A stretch of 64,000 nucleotides of DNA from an uncultured virus (IMG/VR IMGVR_UViG_3300037963_003337) (taxonomy: Duplodnaviria > Heunggongvirae > Uroviricota > Caudoviricetes): IMG/VR virus record IMGVR_UViG_3300037963_003337. One strand, written 5' to 3'. Under the pieces are notes generated by a model, which worked only from the letters and a program-made list of their open reading frames with translations, was not told the origin of the DNA and did not search any database. This document shows, piece by piece, positions 46,101 through 55,311 of the stretch. Position numbers and translations under genes: made by a program. Position 1 is the first letter of the stretch. Each line of letters opens with the position of its first letter.

Positions 46101-47496
46101 CGGCGCTGTTGGTGCTCTCTTCCTTGCATACGTCCCTCTGGACTCTGGAGAGGCACGCTGGGTACGTGTACACCACCTTAGAGCATCTAACCAGTTGAAG
46201 GTCTCCTCACTTGGTAATCCGACGCTTCCTATCACCTATATGGTATATGGTGGTGGTACTGAAAGATCTTATGGTTATGTAAACGCAACCAAGCAAGAAA
46301 ATTATATTTCTGGATCAAATTCACGTTCGGAATTCCTTGTTAAGTATGGTGCTTCATACTACATTGATGGTGGTGACCGTGGTACAGTTAGATTGTTTAA
46401 CTATGCTACGCCAACAACTGAGGATGTTTATGGATCTAAGTTAACATTTGGTATTGCCGCTAATAAAGATTATACTGATGGTTCTGACTCTGTTGGTAAA
46501 TTAGCTAATGTACCTTATCTTGATCTGAGTGGAGCAACAGTTGCTGGAAGTAATAATCTGACTGTATCTGACTACACATTCTATATGGGTGCAACTGTTG
46601 TTACTCCTAATAGAGATCCTGGTATCAAAGTTGTATGGGTAGACAGTGCTAATGACAGAATTTATATTAACAGAACATTACCAACTGCTGCTGGTGGAAC
46701 ATACAATCTGATTCTCGACAGACCAAAAGTTCTTATTGGACTTAAGTGTAGAGAAGAAGTTAATAGTGTAAGAAACCGTATTCAGGTATATCCTACTAGA
46801 TTGTCTATTGGTAACTCTGGTAATTTTGCAACCATCAAACTTGTTAAGAGTCCTGTATTCCAAACAGAGGATGTTGTTACTGGAACCTTTGAAACAACAT
46901 ATGATAAAGGTAATGCATTAAACATTGGATCTATTGGTAAACCAGTAGCACTTGATAGTACGTTAATTAGTAACCAAACTTTCTTAAATGAACTTGGTAA
47001 GACATTTGGATACTTTAGAGGATTCTACGATGGTGATGCTGGTAATGAAATTACTGTCTTTGGTACTCTTCAAAGAGATGCTAGTGGAGTATATCTCTTT
47101 AATTCTTATGAGAAGACCAATGTTAATCTTCTTATCTTTGGTGACTTCTTGAGATCGGGTGAGTTCTACGAACCAAACCCAACCTCACTTAGTATCCCAT
47201 CAACATATGCTCCAACGGATACTCCTCTTGCTGCACTCTCTGCTATTTCTATTAGCACTGAGCAAAGAACACCTATTCCAGGCACTGGTCAGCAAATCAC
47301 AACGCTGTATACTCCTAGTAGCAGTGGCGAACAATTTGAGTTGCAACAATTCTTTGATTATAACAAGGATTATCTCTCATTCCCATTAACGAATGAAATT
47401 GAAACCCTATTTGTACTCGGTTCTGAGAACAATACATATAATAGTGGAAATCCTGCAACTACGATTACTGCCGCTGTTACCTGGGAGGAACAATAA
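43105..47496 (+). CDS. Large virion structural protein, paralog A (1463 aa)
   Basis: FRYQPGR, MYKIEFSWYGA, YIDGGD.G; internal Y...TG...HG...GD repeats. Confidence 0.7.
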   Translation: MPSNTNVNNNSAVVVVGRTAPVPTGQQSAAKSIPVVVASDQEAIPVEEQNKQQSEVALSLLGIPRSEVALGIFADVNTYDVNPSEWSAEPVQLRTVLANERDDFTGFLGDQDWGLSHVPAEAGALIEAPATEFAVLTSKRFFRYQPGRVSAGTFGVKFGRSPITSITSNGDFPTGTNQQDYMLSIKDHQVRHPSIKKYGVFDNFDGYYYESINESIGDNFCCVRRTQSLIQQKSQYFFFDPNNPNNPKQYADKQYDDYGNFEIPGIYYKYHGDSVILRDGLVNIHAGLFDPSLLKEKREIDIAQINGNTSGGEIILDTVEYDIADFTYNNVTGRATVTTVGDHGFKDGDSVTLKDIMLSCNTGQKLYPNKYSRKHFKVESVSSNEIVVHVGISNFDGQGPFTSDAGLSGGKVEQTSVTETTLTLEDVSKVVNSGGSAGSDVVQLQLTFDGDHGVIEGDYIRLNDINWDNGGSPLEWPQASNTNHQHIFQVRRVINSEQLVILIGDAAFSGLPDAATFDNVTGAVATRINSRVYASANSINAVSYVPATGKMTINFGSNAAALGYVTGQTIRISDIETSCSYNKAQGAGSHTLAKPSKTYPAKDDEDTFPISNVTSNSFTFELFQSTIVHTYRGGGRVTNLGLRKGSSVYYYKNGQNTNGVDGGIYYVHDIIGPKVKLTLCPTNGDNTSPFSASKLVPFEFNTNASSDNYKLTPTTGTTYDATTGIMSITTTAAHGLVTGDKVRFDDFSLGFTCTLGSGTKYYPRPSNANPAAGLSPLDPLQGKNIAVTVTSTTTFEVQVLAVVPSSNTTVHTFVYGSTASITVEKSRPYLITPAPFILPDTVDNQYNGTFNSAEPDDFDSWTLNVFGAFPYSYTYGNTTVGYIKTDVAGSSQQDALQLKSEIDYVNNNLLKDWIYNHVKPEYWNVYEYRVPRSRFSGEKIDGQVDQDVVYSDVVYSQGSQKFPGENVLDSATGSGLTRSSNWNLNPENVTMYKIEFSWYGAVGALFLAYVPLDSGEARWVRVHHLRASNQLKVSSLGNPTLPITYMVYGGGTERSYGYVNATKQENYISGSNSRSEFLVKYGASYYIDGGDRGTVRLFNYATPTTEDVYGSKLTFGIAANKDYTDGSDSVGKLANVPYLDLSGATVAGSNNLTVSDYTFYMGATVVTPNRDPGIKVVWVDSANDRIYINRTLPTAAGGTYNLILDRPKVLIGLKCREEVNSVRNRIQVYPTRLSIGNSGNFATIKLVKSPVFQTEDVVTGTFETTYDKGNALNIGSIGKPVALDSTLISNQTFLNELGKTFGYFRGFYDGDAGNEITVFGTLQRDASGVYLFNSYEKTNVNLLIFGDFLRSGEFYEPNPTSLSIPSTYAPTDTPLAALSAISISTEQRTPIPGTGQQITTLYTPSSSGEQFELQQFFDYNKDYLSFPLTNEIETLFVLGSENNTYNSGNPATTITAAVTWEEQ

Positions 47497-47499
47497 TAA

Positions 47500-50400
47500 A
47501 TGTCGGGAAACGAATTTGACGTAAAGATCGGTTATAATAAAAGAGCTGCTGCTACCAGAGATCTGACAACCACCCTCCAAGATATTGAGGGTGTACAACT
47601 TACAGATGAAACTGGGGCAGATCTTATTACCGAGGTTGAAGGATTTGTTGTTTCTGAATTGACCTCAGAGAAGGCATTATCGATTGGACTGCCAACAGAA
47701 AAAAGAGTAGTTAATAAATTCTTCTCTTTTCTTTTTGGTGGTTCATTTGAGACCAAGAGAAGAGTACTTGATTCTGAAGGAAACATTCAAGTTGAATCAT
47801 TTATCAGAATTACTGATCCAGATCCAACCTGGAAGTTTATCCAAAGGGGTTTTAAGATTGATGCTGCTACCTCTGACCCACAGTTTGAGGCAGATGGCGT
47901 TACTATTAAAGGGAATGCGTTTGAGTCATTTGTAGTTAAGAATGTTATTGAAGAAGGTAATGTAGGACCGAATGGAGAATTTGTTGTAAGGTTTGATCTT
48001 GAAAGTGATCCAAAATTTGATGATGATAGTCCTGGCAGACAACCTATTACTTACGTCAGGAGATTAGTAACTAAAGAAAGAACTGGTGTTCTTCCTATTG
48101 CAGAACAATTTGCTGCTACATCTGAGGTTAGTACTAGTTTACTTGGTATTGATCGTGCAGAGACCCAATTAGGATTGTTCTCTAATGTATCAACATATGG
48201 ATTTGATACAGATTCTTTTGTATTTTATACAGATAATCCTAGGAATGGTCCTCGTGTATGGGTCTATAGACAGAGTGCTTCAGGAGAATTTCATTATCCA
48301 GCACAAATTGAAGAGATTAAAAACGAGGGTGCATTAAGAATTGGATCTTATCCTGTCCCATATAACTTTCCTTATCCACCACTCTCACAAAATATTATTA
48401 ATAATGTAGACGTTGCTGGTTTGTTCAATGCAACTAGTTGGGCAAAATGGCAAAACTGGTTGAAATTAGGCAAAACATTGTATGAGTATTATGTTGGTAG
48501 AAGAGATCAGCAAGTAGTTTCTTCTGATCCGAACTCAAACTATGTAAAGTATGATGTCCTAAGTAAGAAATTTCTCCCTGCAATTAATATTTGGGATGAT
48601 GATACTCACTATAATAGTATAAACTTTGGTAAGAATCAAGATGCATACTATTTCCAGATATCAATTTGGACTGAAACTTGGCATAATATTCAGAAATCAG
48701 TATTACTTGACCCTGTATCTGGTCAACCAATTAACTTTACATTTTTAGATACTATTGCATTAATGTTGAGAGGCACTGGTACTACGCTTGGTCTTAATGA
48801 GGGTAGTGTTGAAAGTGCAGGTGGTGTTGGACCTAATAGAATTCTTAATCCATTTGAAGAGACCTGGATCAACACTCCATGGGCAGATAGTTCTGTATCT
48901 GGTGGTGAACCTGATCTGGTAGATTTTCGACCAGGATATGGTCCAACTGGTGGACACTTTGCACTGCTACAATCTAGACAGGCATTTAGATATCAACCTG
49001 GTCGTATCAGTGGTTATACCTTTGGTACAAGAGCAACATTAGAAAAGAACCAGGGTGATAACTACGCAGAATGGGGTATCTTCAATGACTTTGATGAATA
49101 TGTATTCAGAAGAGAGGGTGCCAACTTCTTCATTGTAAGAAGATCTAACATTAAATATCCAGTATCATTCTTGAAAGAAATTGGTGCGGTTGATGAACTG
49201 GGAAATGAAGATCCAGAAATCGTCACCAATTACACTAAAACAATTGCTGGTAAATCTTATAATATGCAGGAAGTTAAACTTGGAAGAGAGAAGTTTAACG
49301 GTGATAGTTTGAATGGTAATGGTCCTAGTGGATATCTGTTGACAACAGATGAAATCACGATGTACAAGATCGAATTTGGTTGGTATGGTGCTATTGGTCT
49401 TAGATTATATGCATATGTACCTGTAGAAAATGGTAAGGCACGTTGGATCGTTGTTCATACCTTTGTTATTGAAAATAAACTGAATGTCCCATCAATGGGA
49501 GATCCATTCTTTAAATTTAAGTATGAAGTGAGAATTGGATCTGGTCAAGGTGCTGACCTTACTGAACCTCAACTTCTTTATAAGTATGGTACGTCGATGT
49601 ATATTGATGGTGGTGATGAAGGTACAGTAAGTGTGTTTACTGAAACTTCTGATCCTAAACTTCTGCCATCATCTGGAGAGTTTACTTCTATTTTTGGTGT
49701 ATATCCCAAGAAGAATATTGTTAGTGGTGGTGGAGATCTGATTCCAAATAAAAAGATTATTATTCCTAAGCAGATGTCAATTACTGCAGATGGATTTGCT
49801 GAAATTAGTGTGTTTAAATGTCGTGGGTGTGTTGGTAGTCAGTTCTTATATCTTCCAAATGTACAGGCAGGAACATTTGGTGAAACTCGTAAACTGTTTA
49901 AAGCAAACATTAATGGACAGGATGAAACTGTCACCCTTGCACCAATTGAAATTACTGCATCTGCTGCAGGAACTACAAACGCTGTAACTACTACTGATAG
50001 TGACGTACAATATTTACGTCCAGGTGATTATCTTTTAGATACAGATATTAGTGGTGTTTTAGTCGCTGGTGCAGTGGCATCTAGAATTACTGCAATCAGT
50101 GAAAGTTCTGGTACGTACACTATTACTCTCGAAACTGGTGATGATCAGTCATTTGCTAATGGTGCAACTGTTGTATTCCAACCAACATTTATCACCACAG
50201 ATACTGAAAGAGCATTGTATGGATTAGACCACAATGATTTTAATACCAAGATCATTTATCCTAATCTATACAACACATATCTTGGTAATATTAGATCTGG
50301 AGCACAGAATCAAACAGTTAATTTACTACAGTATATTGTATCCAATAAACATGAATTAATTACTGATAGAGTATTGAATCCTGCTAAAATTGTTCAGGAT

Positions 50401-51921
50401 ACTGTTAACTTTACTCCTGAAGATTTCTTTGGTAATCCAAACACAGATACATTTGATGTAAGATTATCACAATTAAAAACTGTGGTTGCTTCACCAACTC
50501 CTGTATCTGGTCCCGTTGCGGCACTTAAATGGTTGAATGATTTTAATAGAGATGGACAACATAATGCTGATTGGAGAATGGGATTTACTCCAAACAAACC
50601 ACTATTTGCTATTAATGGTGAACTTACTGGATGGGAAAGACCAAATGGTACAACAATTACTGAAGATAGAAATGGAACTCAAGTAAATGTGACTATCCTT
50701 CCTGAAGAAGAATATGTTTCATTAGATTGGCACCCATATCAAACTTCTTTAAGTTCCCTTGGTTTTGAATCTGGTGAAGATTGGGCAGCATTAATTAGAC
50801 CATTTACCGTAGATTTTAGAATTGGAACTCCTCCTGGATCTAATAGTGGAAGATGTTCTGAAATGAGATTGAATAAGGAAGATCCAATCTCAGTATCAGT
50901 TACAGAAGTTCCTGCTGCAACTCTTCAAGCATTATCACCAAGTCAAACTGGTGGTGTTCCTCTTCAAAATTGGAGTGGATTCTCTACAGCATCAGAAATT
51001 GATAGTTATCTTGCGTCACATTCATTCTTCTTAACATCAACATCACCAATTATTGGTGGAGCACGTAGTCCAAAGGGTGGACAGTTGGCACTTAATAAGA
51101 ATAATGTATTTGATACTAATTTTTATAATTCTAATGGTGTTGCACAAGATGCTAGATTTACTGATGTACAGATTTCTTATCAAACTGTAGACAATCAAGC
51201 AAATACAATTACGAACTATATTGTTCCAATCAATTTGAGTATTTACGGTTCTTTCACATCTGATGGAGTTACCCCAATTGTTCAAAATAATTCTGAGTTC
51301 TTAATTGCATACAATAAAGTTACTTTGAAAGCATGGTTCAGTGGTGGTGATAGATATGACTCACCTAATTCATATAGTACTGGACCTAGAAGTGATGGTA
51401 TTTTTGAATTCAATGCATTCCCTCTATATCCATTTGCATTCATGAGAGATAAGGGTAAGTTGTTATCCCTTGAAGTTCATAATACTGACTTGTTAGGAAA
51501 TATTAGCACATACAATCCAGAGTGGAAATATACTTTTAAAGATAGTAATCCTATGGTTACATATGATGCTGGAACTAATTTACAAACTGGACAAATTAAT
51601 GCTAATGGTGTAGGTAGTAACAATCAAACACCAAATGGTATTGATGAACTTGTTCCAAGTGCATTTAGTCAAGTTACTAGATTATCATCTTCACAAATTG
51701 ATAAGCAAGGTGAGTCACTGCTGAGACCAGGAGATAACCTAACGACCCTATATATTAATAACGAAACTAAAACCTTTGACTTGACTGATGTTTTTGGATT
51801 TGATAGGAAGGTGATTACTCCAGACATCGTAAATACTGAAGCAGTATTTTTTGTAGGGAGATCTCTTGCAAATCAACCTGTAGATATTCAAGTCAACTTA
51901 ACTTACATAGAACAATTATAA
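47500..51921 (+). CDS. Large virion structural protein, paralog B (1473 aa)
   Basis: Same FRYQPGR / MYKIEFGWYGA / YIDGGD.G motifs in the same order. Confidence 0.7.
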   Translation: MSGNEFDVKIGYNKRAAATRDLTTTLQDIEGVQLTDETGADLITEVEGFVVSELTSEKALSIGLPTEKRVVNKFFSFLFGGSFETKRRVLDSEGNIQVESFIRITDPDPTWKFIQRGFKIDAATSDPQFEADGVTIKGNAFESFVVKNVIEEGNVGPNGEFVVRFDLESDPKFDDDSPGRQPITYVRRLVTKERTGVLPIAEQFAATSEVSTSLLGIDRAETQLGLFSNVSTYGFDTDSFVFYTDNPRNGPRVWVYRQSASGEFHYPAQIEEIKNEGALRIGSYPVPYNFPYPPLSQNIINNVDVAGLFNATSWAKWQNWLKLGKTLYEYYVGRRDQQVVSSDPNSNYVKYDVLSKKFLPAINIWDDDTHYNSINFGKNQDAYYFQISIWTETWHNIQKSVLLDPVSGQPINFTFLDTIALMLRGTGTTLGLNEGSVESAGGVGPNRILNPFEETWINTPWADSSVSGGEPDLVDFRPGYGPTGGHFALLQSRQAFRYQPGRISGYTFGTRATLEKNQGDNYAEWGIFNDFDEYVFRREGANFFIVRRSNIKYPVSFLKEIGAVDELGNEDPEIVTNYTKTIAGKSYNMQEVKLGREKFNGDSLNGNGPSGYLLTTDEITMYKIEFGWYGAIGLRLYAYVPVENGKARWIVVHTFVIENKLNVPSMGDPFFKFKYEVRIGSGQGADLTEPQLLYKYGTSMYIDGGDEGTVSVFTETSDPKLLPSSGEFTSIFGVYPKKNIVSGGGDLIPNKKIIIPKQMSITADGFAEISVFKCRGCVGSQFLYLPNVQAGTFGETRKLFKANINGQDETVTLAPIEITASAAGTTNAVTTTDSDVQYLRPGDYLLDTDISGVLVAGAVASRITAISESSGTYTITLETGDDQSFANGATVVFQPTFITTDTERALYGLDHNDFNTKIIYPNLYNTYLGNIRSGAQNQTVNLLQYIVSNKHELITDRVLNPAKIVQDTVNFTPEDFFGNPNTDTFDVRLSQLKTVVASPTPVSGPVAALKWLNDFNRDGQHNADWRMGFTPNKPLFAINGELTGWERPNGTTITEDRNGTQVNVTILPEEEYVSLDWHPYQTSLSSLGFESGEDWAALIRPFTVDFRIGTPPGSNSGRCSEMRLNKEDPISVSVTEVPAATLQALSPSQTGGVPLQNWSGFSTASEIDSYLASHSFFLTSTSPIIGGARSPKGGQLALNKNNVFDTNFYNSNGVAQDARFTDVQISYQTVDNQANTITNYIVPINLSIYGSFTSDGVTPIVQNNSEFLIAYNKVTLKAWFSGGDRYDSPNSYSTGPRSDGIFEFNAFPLYPFAFMRDKGKLLSLEVHNTDLLGNISTYNPEWKYTFKDSNPMVTYDAGTNLQTGQINANGVGSNNQTPNGIDELVPSAFSQVTRLSSSQIDKQGESLLRPGDNLTTLYINNETKTFDLTDVFGFDRKVITPDIVNTEAVFFVGRSLANQPVDIQVNLTYIEQL

Positions 51922-51924
51922 GAT

Positions 51925-54900
51925 ATGTCGATTAGAAATCCAGTCCTATTTGGGTTAAAGGTTGCATTTAACTTCTCTGATGCTCGATCTAAAATTCAAT
52001 GTCTGACCAACTTAGGGTTAGACATTAGGGATTTGAATGTAATTCGTGGTATCAATGAAAGTGTTGACAAACTCGATTTACAGAATGTATCTGGATTGGA
52101 TGTCAATCTTACCAGGTATCTGGATCGCCTTAAAAGTGACACTGGATTGTACTCTGGAATCGTAAATGAACTTGGAGGGTATCAGTATACCCTACAGGGT
52201 AATTTGGAGGCGTTTGGACCCCTCTCAGGGGGTGCTGTGAGGTTTAAATACATACCCAATGATAAAGGTACAGGACTCACTAAAAATGATTTAAAATTCG
52301 GTGACATTTCTACCTCCAGGGTTAGTTCTTGGAGTGGATCATCATCTGATGAAACTGATGATGAGCAAGCAATTTCTTATGGTGCGTCTGTTCAGGTAAG
52401 AGGAACTGTTAAAGTAGGACAAAAAGGATCATTTACACCTGGTGCTACTGAGGCAACTATTAACGTATTAGATACACCAGAACCAATTAGATTTGCAACG
52501 GAAGTTGCTACAGATGTATTGGAAGTTGAATTGAATGGTAATACCAGGTACATCTATGCAATGCGTGGTATTCCTATCATCTTTACCACGGCATTTAAGA
52601 ATGTCTCTATGGATTTTAAGTTCAATACAATCCCTAGTGGCAACCCTGTTTTTACGTTACAAGCAACTGATGGATCTGAGGCAGAGATTCAATCAACACC
52701 ACCTGTATCTGGTGGTACATCTAGATTGAGATATAACGGACCATCATACAAAGAAAGATTTGTAAAAGTATATTATCCTCCTAATAATATTACTGGTATT
52801 ACTGCTAAATCTCTGAACATTAGAGAGTTGCCAGCAGTTAAGTTCTTTGAGTTAACAGAAATTATAGTATCGGGTAATTTGATTGGTGAAATGCCTGATT
52901 GGAGAAGTATTACCTATGCTTATGATAGAGACGTAACAACTAATTCTCCTGAATCAAATCTGACAACTATTAATCTTTCAAGTAATCCACTCAATCAAAC
53001 TGATGATGAGGATTTAGAGTTCTTTGGAACTAATGTTGTAGAAAGGTTACCAAAGAAACTTACAACTTATTATGGAAATGGAACTTATAACGCACATACT
53101 ACATTCAAAACAATCAATGAGTCATGTGCTCTTGTAGTCACTCAAAGTGAGTATAATAGTATTTCAGTTGATCCAACAACTAAGCAAACATATAATTTTT
53201 CTCAAACTCTCACATCTGGTGCTAGTAATGTTACAACTCACATTGAGGGAATTTATTATGACAAACAGGTACACCCAATAACAGGTGCATATTATTTGTA
53301 TATTAAAGAACCTGTAATTACCAAAGATTCTAGTTGGACTGCTGATAACCTTAAAACTGATGCTGAATGGAGAAATGCTTTTGCAGCCAATGGTATTAAT
53401 AACTATGGTGAATATTTCTTACCATTAAATCTTGCAACTAGATGTCCTAATTTACAAACCTTCCAAATGAGAAATGCCTCAGGAAGAAGGATTTATAAAA
53501 ACACAAATACTAGAGGACCATTACCATCTGGTGCTACAAAAAATATTGAATATCAAACCTCTCAAGAATATACACCAACTGTTGATCTAGAAACAATTAG
53601 GACTTATGATGTATATGATAATAACTATACTAAGTTATCTGATATCTTTGTCAATCCTGGATCATATATTTCTGGATCAAGCACGCTAAAAACTTTCAAT
53701 GTCTCAGAGAATGAGGGTTTAAGTGAACCAGCAGATAGTATTAACTTCTCTAAGATGACAGCAATTAGTAGTATCAGCATTACTGATACTGCTTTACCTA
53801 TTCCTTCTGGTCTTGCAGGAAACTCTTCATTAAGTAGTTTGAGTTGTAGTTACACCAGATTTCCAGTAAGATCTCAAAGTAATCCTATTGCATACAATAT
53901 TCAGCACCCAAGTGGTGGTTATGTAGATGCTAATGGTGATGGTAATCCAAGTAACGCTACAAATCATTTGTTTAATACAAAATGGCCAACGTTAGAATCG
54001 GAGTATGCACTGACGGGATGTTCTAGTTTAAGTTCATTATCATTCTATGCATCTAGATTGGATGGTATGATTCCAAAGTTTGTAGGAAATACAAATTTAA
54101 AATCTATCGATTTTAGATATACCTCTATTGAAGGTGGTAGACCTAAAGATCCATCTGGTAATCTTTCTGGTAGAAGATATGTAATGTGGGATGATACATT
54201 TGAAGATGCTCAAGGTATGACTACCATTAGAATTAGAAGTGCTAATTTAGGTAGAAATATTGGTATCTATGATCCTGCTACACAAACCTACAGTCAAGCA
54301 GCATTTCAAGGAAGTACATTCAATCTTCCATTACTTACAACTATTGAAATTGTTAGCACTAACAAACTACTTAGAGGCACCTTCTTTAACACTAGTGGTG
54401 CTCCTAACTTGGTTAAATTATATTCACCATCAAGTGGTTGGGGTTTAGATGTTCCAAATGGAGCACCAATACCATCATTTGGTAGTAATCCAAACCTTGA
54501 GCAAGTTAATTTAAGTGGCAACAACTTTAGTGGTAATATTGTACTAACAGGTGCAGGGAAGTTAAGAGAATTCTATGTTAATAGTAATATCATTCAAGGT
54601 GTTGATCTTAACAATTTCTCAGGACTAGGTAATCTTCAATACTTTATTGCTTCTAACAATCAAATGACGGGACAATTCCCGAACTTCAGTGTTGCTGCTC
54701 CAAACATTCAGTATATCTCTTTTGCAGATAATTTATATGGAACAGCAGGTGCTGTTGCTCCATTCACAGCAGGATTGTTTAGTCAATGTACTAGATTAAG
54801 ATCTCTTGACTTGTCAAATAATAGTATGAACTCAGGAACTGTTGATGATATCTTACTTGAGATGGTATCAAATTACAATAACTCACCAAGGAGTGGTGTT

Positions 54901-55311
54901 GTAGTCAACCTTCAAGGTAATGCTGCACCATCACAGGTTATTGTTAGTACACCTACCACTACTACAACTGTTTCAATTGATTCGTTTACAGTATCACAAC
55001 CTGATCCATTAAATCCACAGCAAACATTCTTTAAACCACAAGATTTTACTGAGGATCTTAAAACTGGTGTTAGTGGCAATCTTTCATTCAGCACCAAAAT
55101 TAAGCAAGATGGTGTTGATATAACTAGTTTACTGAGTATTAATCATGCTGCTGATACCTTCTCTTATACAGGGGTAAGTTTCCCACCTGATGGTGCAACT
55201 ATTGATATTGAAGTAACAACTGTTGAACAAGGATTTGAAACGACTTTAACAGGTGGTGTTGTAACTGCTCAACAATTAAGAAACGTAGGTTGGATCGTAA
55301 GGACTGCATAA
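51925..55311 (+). CDS. Leucine-rich-repeat protein, probably virion-associated (1128 aa)
   Basis: Multiple LxxLxLxxN units, e.g. LEQVNLSGNNFSG, LQYFIASNNQMTGQFP, LRSLDLSNNSM. Confidence 0.75.
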   Translation: MSIRNPVLFGLKVAFNFSDARSKIQCLTNLGLDIRDLNVIRGINESVDKLDLQNVSGLDVNLTRYLDRLKSDTGLYSGIVNELGGYQYTLQGNLEAFGPLSGGAVRFKYIPNDKGTGLTKNDLKFGDISTSRVSSWSGSSSDETDDEQAISYGASVQVRGTVKVGQKGSFTPGATEATINVLDTPEPIRFATEVATDVLEVELNGNTRYIYAMRGIPIIFTTAFKNVSMDFKFNTIPSGNPVFTLQATDGSEAEIQSTPPVSGGTSRLRYNGPSYKERFVKVYYPPNNITGITAKSLNIRELPAVKFFELTEIIVSGNLIGEMPDWRSITYAYDRDVTTNSPESNLTTINLSSNPLNQTDDEDLEFFGTNVVERLPKKLTTYYGNGTYNAHTTFKTINESCALVVTQSEYNSISVDPTTKQTYNFSQTLTSGASNVTTHIEGIYYDKQVHPITGAYYLYIKEPVITKDSSWTADNLKTDAEWRNAFAANGINNYGEYFLPLNLATRCPNLQTFQMRNASGRRIYKNTNTRGPLPSGATKNIEYQTSQEYTPTVDLETIRTYDVYDNNYTKLSDIFVNPGSYISGSSTLKTFNVSENEGLSEPADSINFSKMTAISSISITDTALPIPSGLAGNSSLSSLSCSYTRFPVRSQSNPIAYNIQHPSGGYVDANGDGNPSNATNHLFNTKWPTLESEYALTGCSSLSSLSFYASRLDGMIPKFVGNTNLKSIDFRYTSIEGGRPKDPSGNLSGRRYVMWDDTFEDAQGMTTIRIRSANLGRNIGIYDPATQTYSQAAFQGSTFNLPLLTTIEIVSTNKLLRGTFFNTSGAPNLVKLYSPSSGWGLDVPNGAPIPSFGSNPNLEQVNLSGNNFSGNIVLTGAGKLREFYVNSNIIQGVDLNNFSGLGNLQYFIASNNQMTGQFPNFSVAAPNIQYISFADNLYGTAGAVAPFTAGLFSQCTRLRSLDLSNNSMNSGTVDDILLEMVSNYNNSPRSGVVVNLQGNAAPSQVIVSTPTTTTTVSIDSFTVSQPDPLNPQQTFFKPQDFTEDLKTGVSGNLSFSTKIKQDGVDITSLLSINHAADTFSYTGVSFPPDGATIDIEVTTVEQGFETTLTGGVVTAQQLRNVGWIVRTA

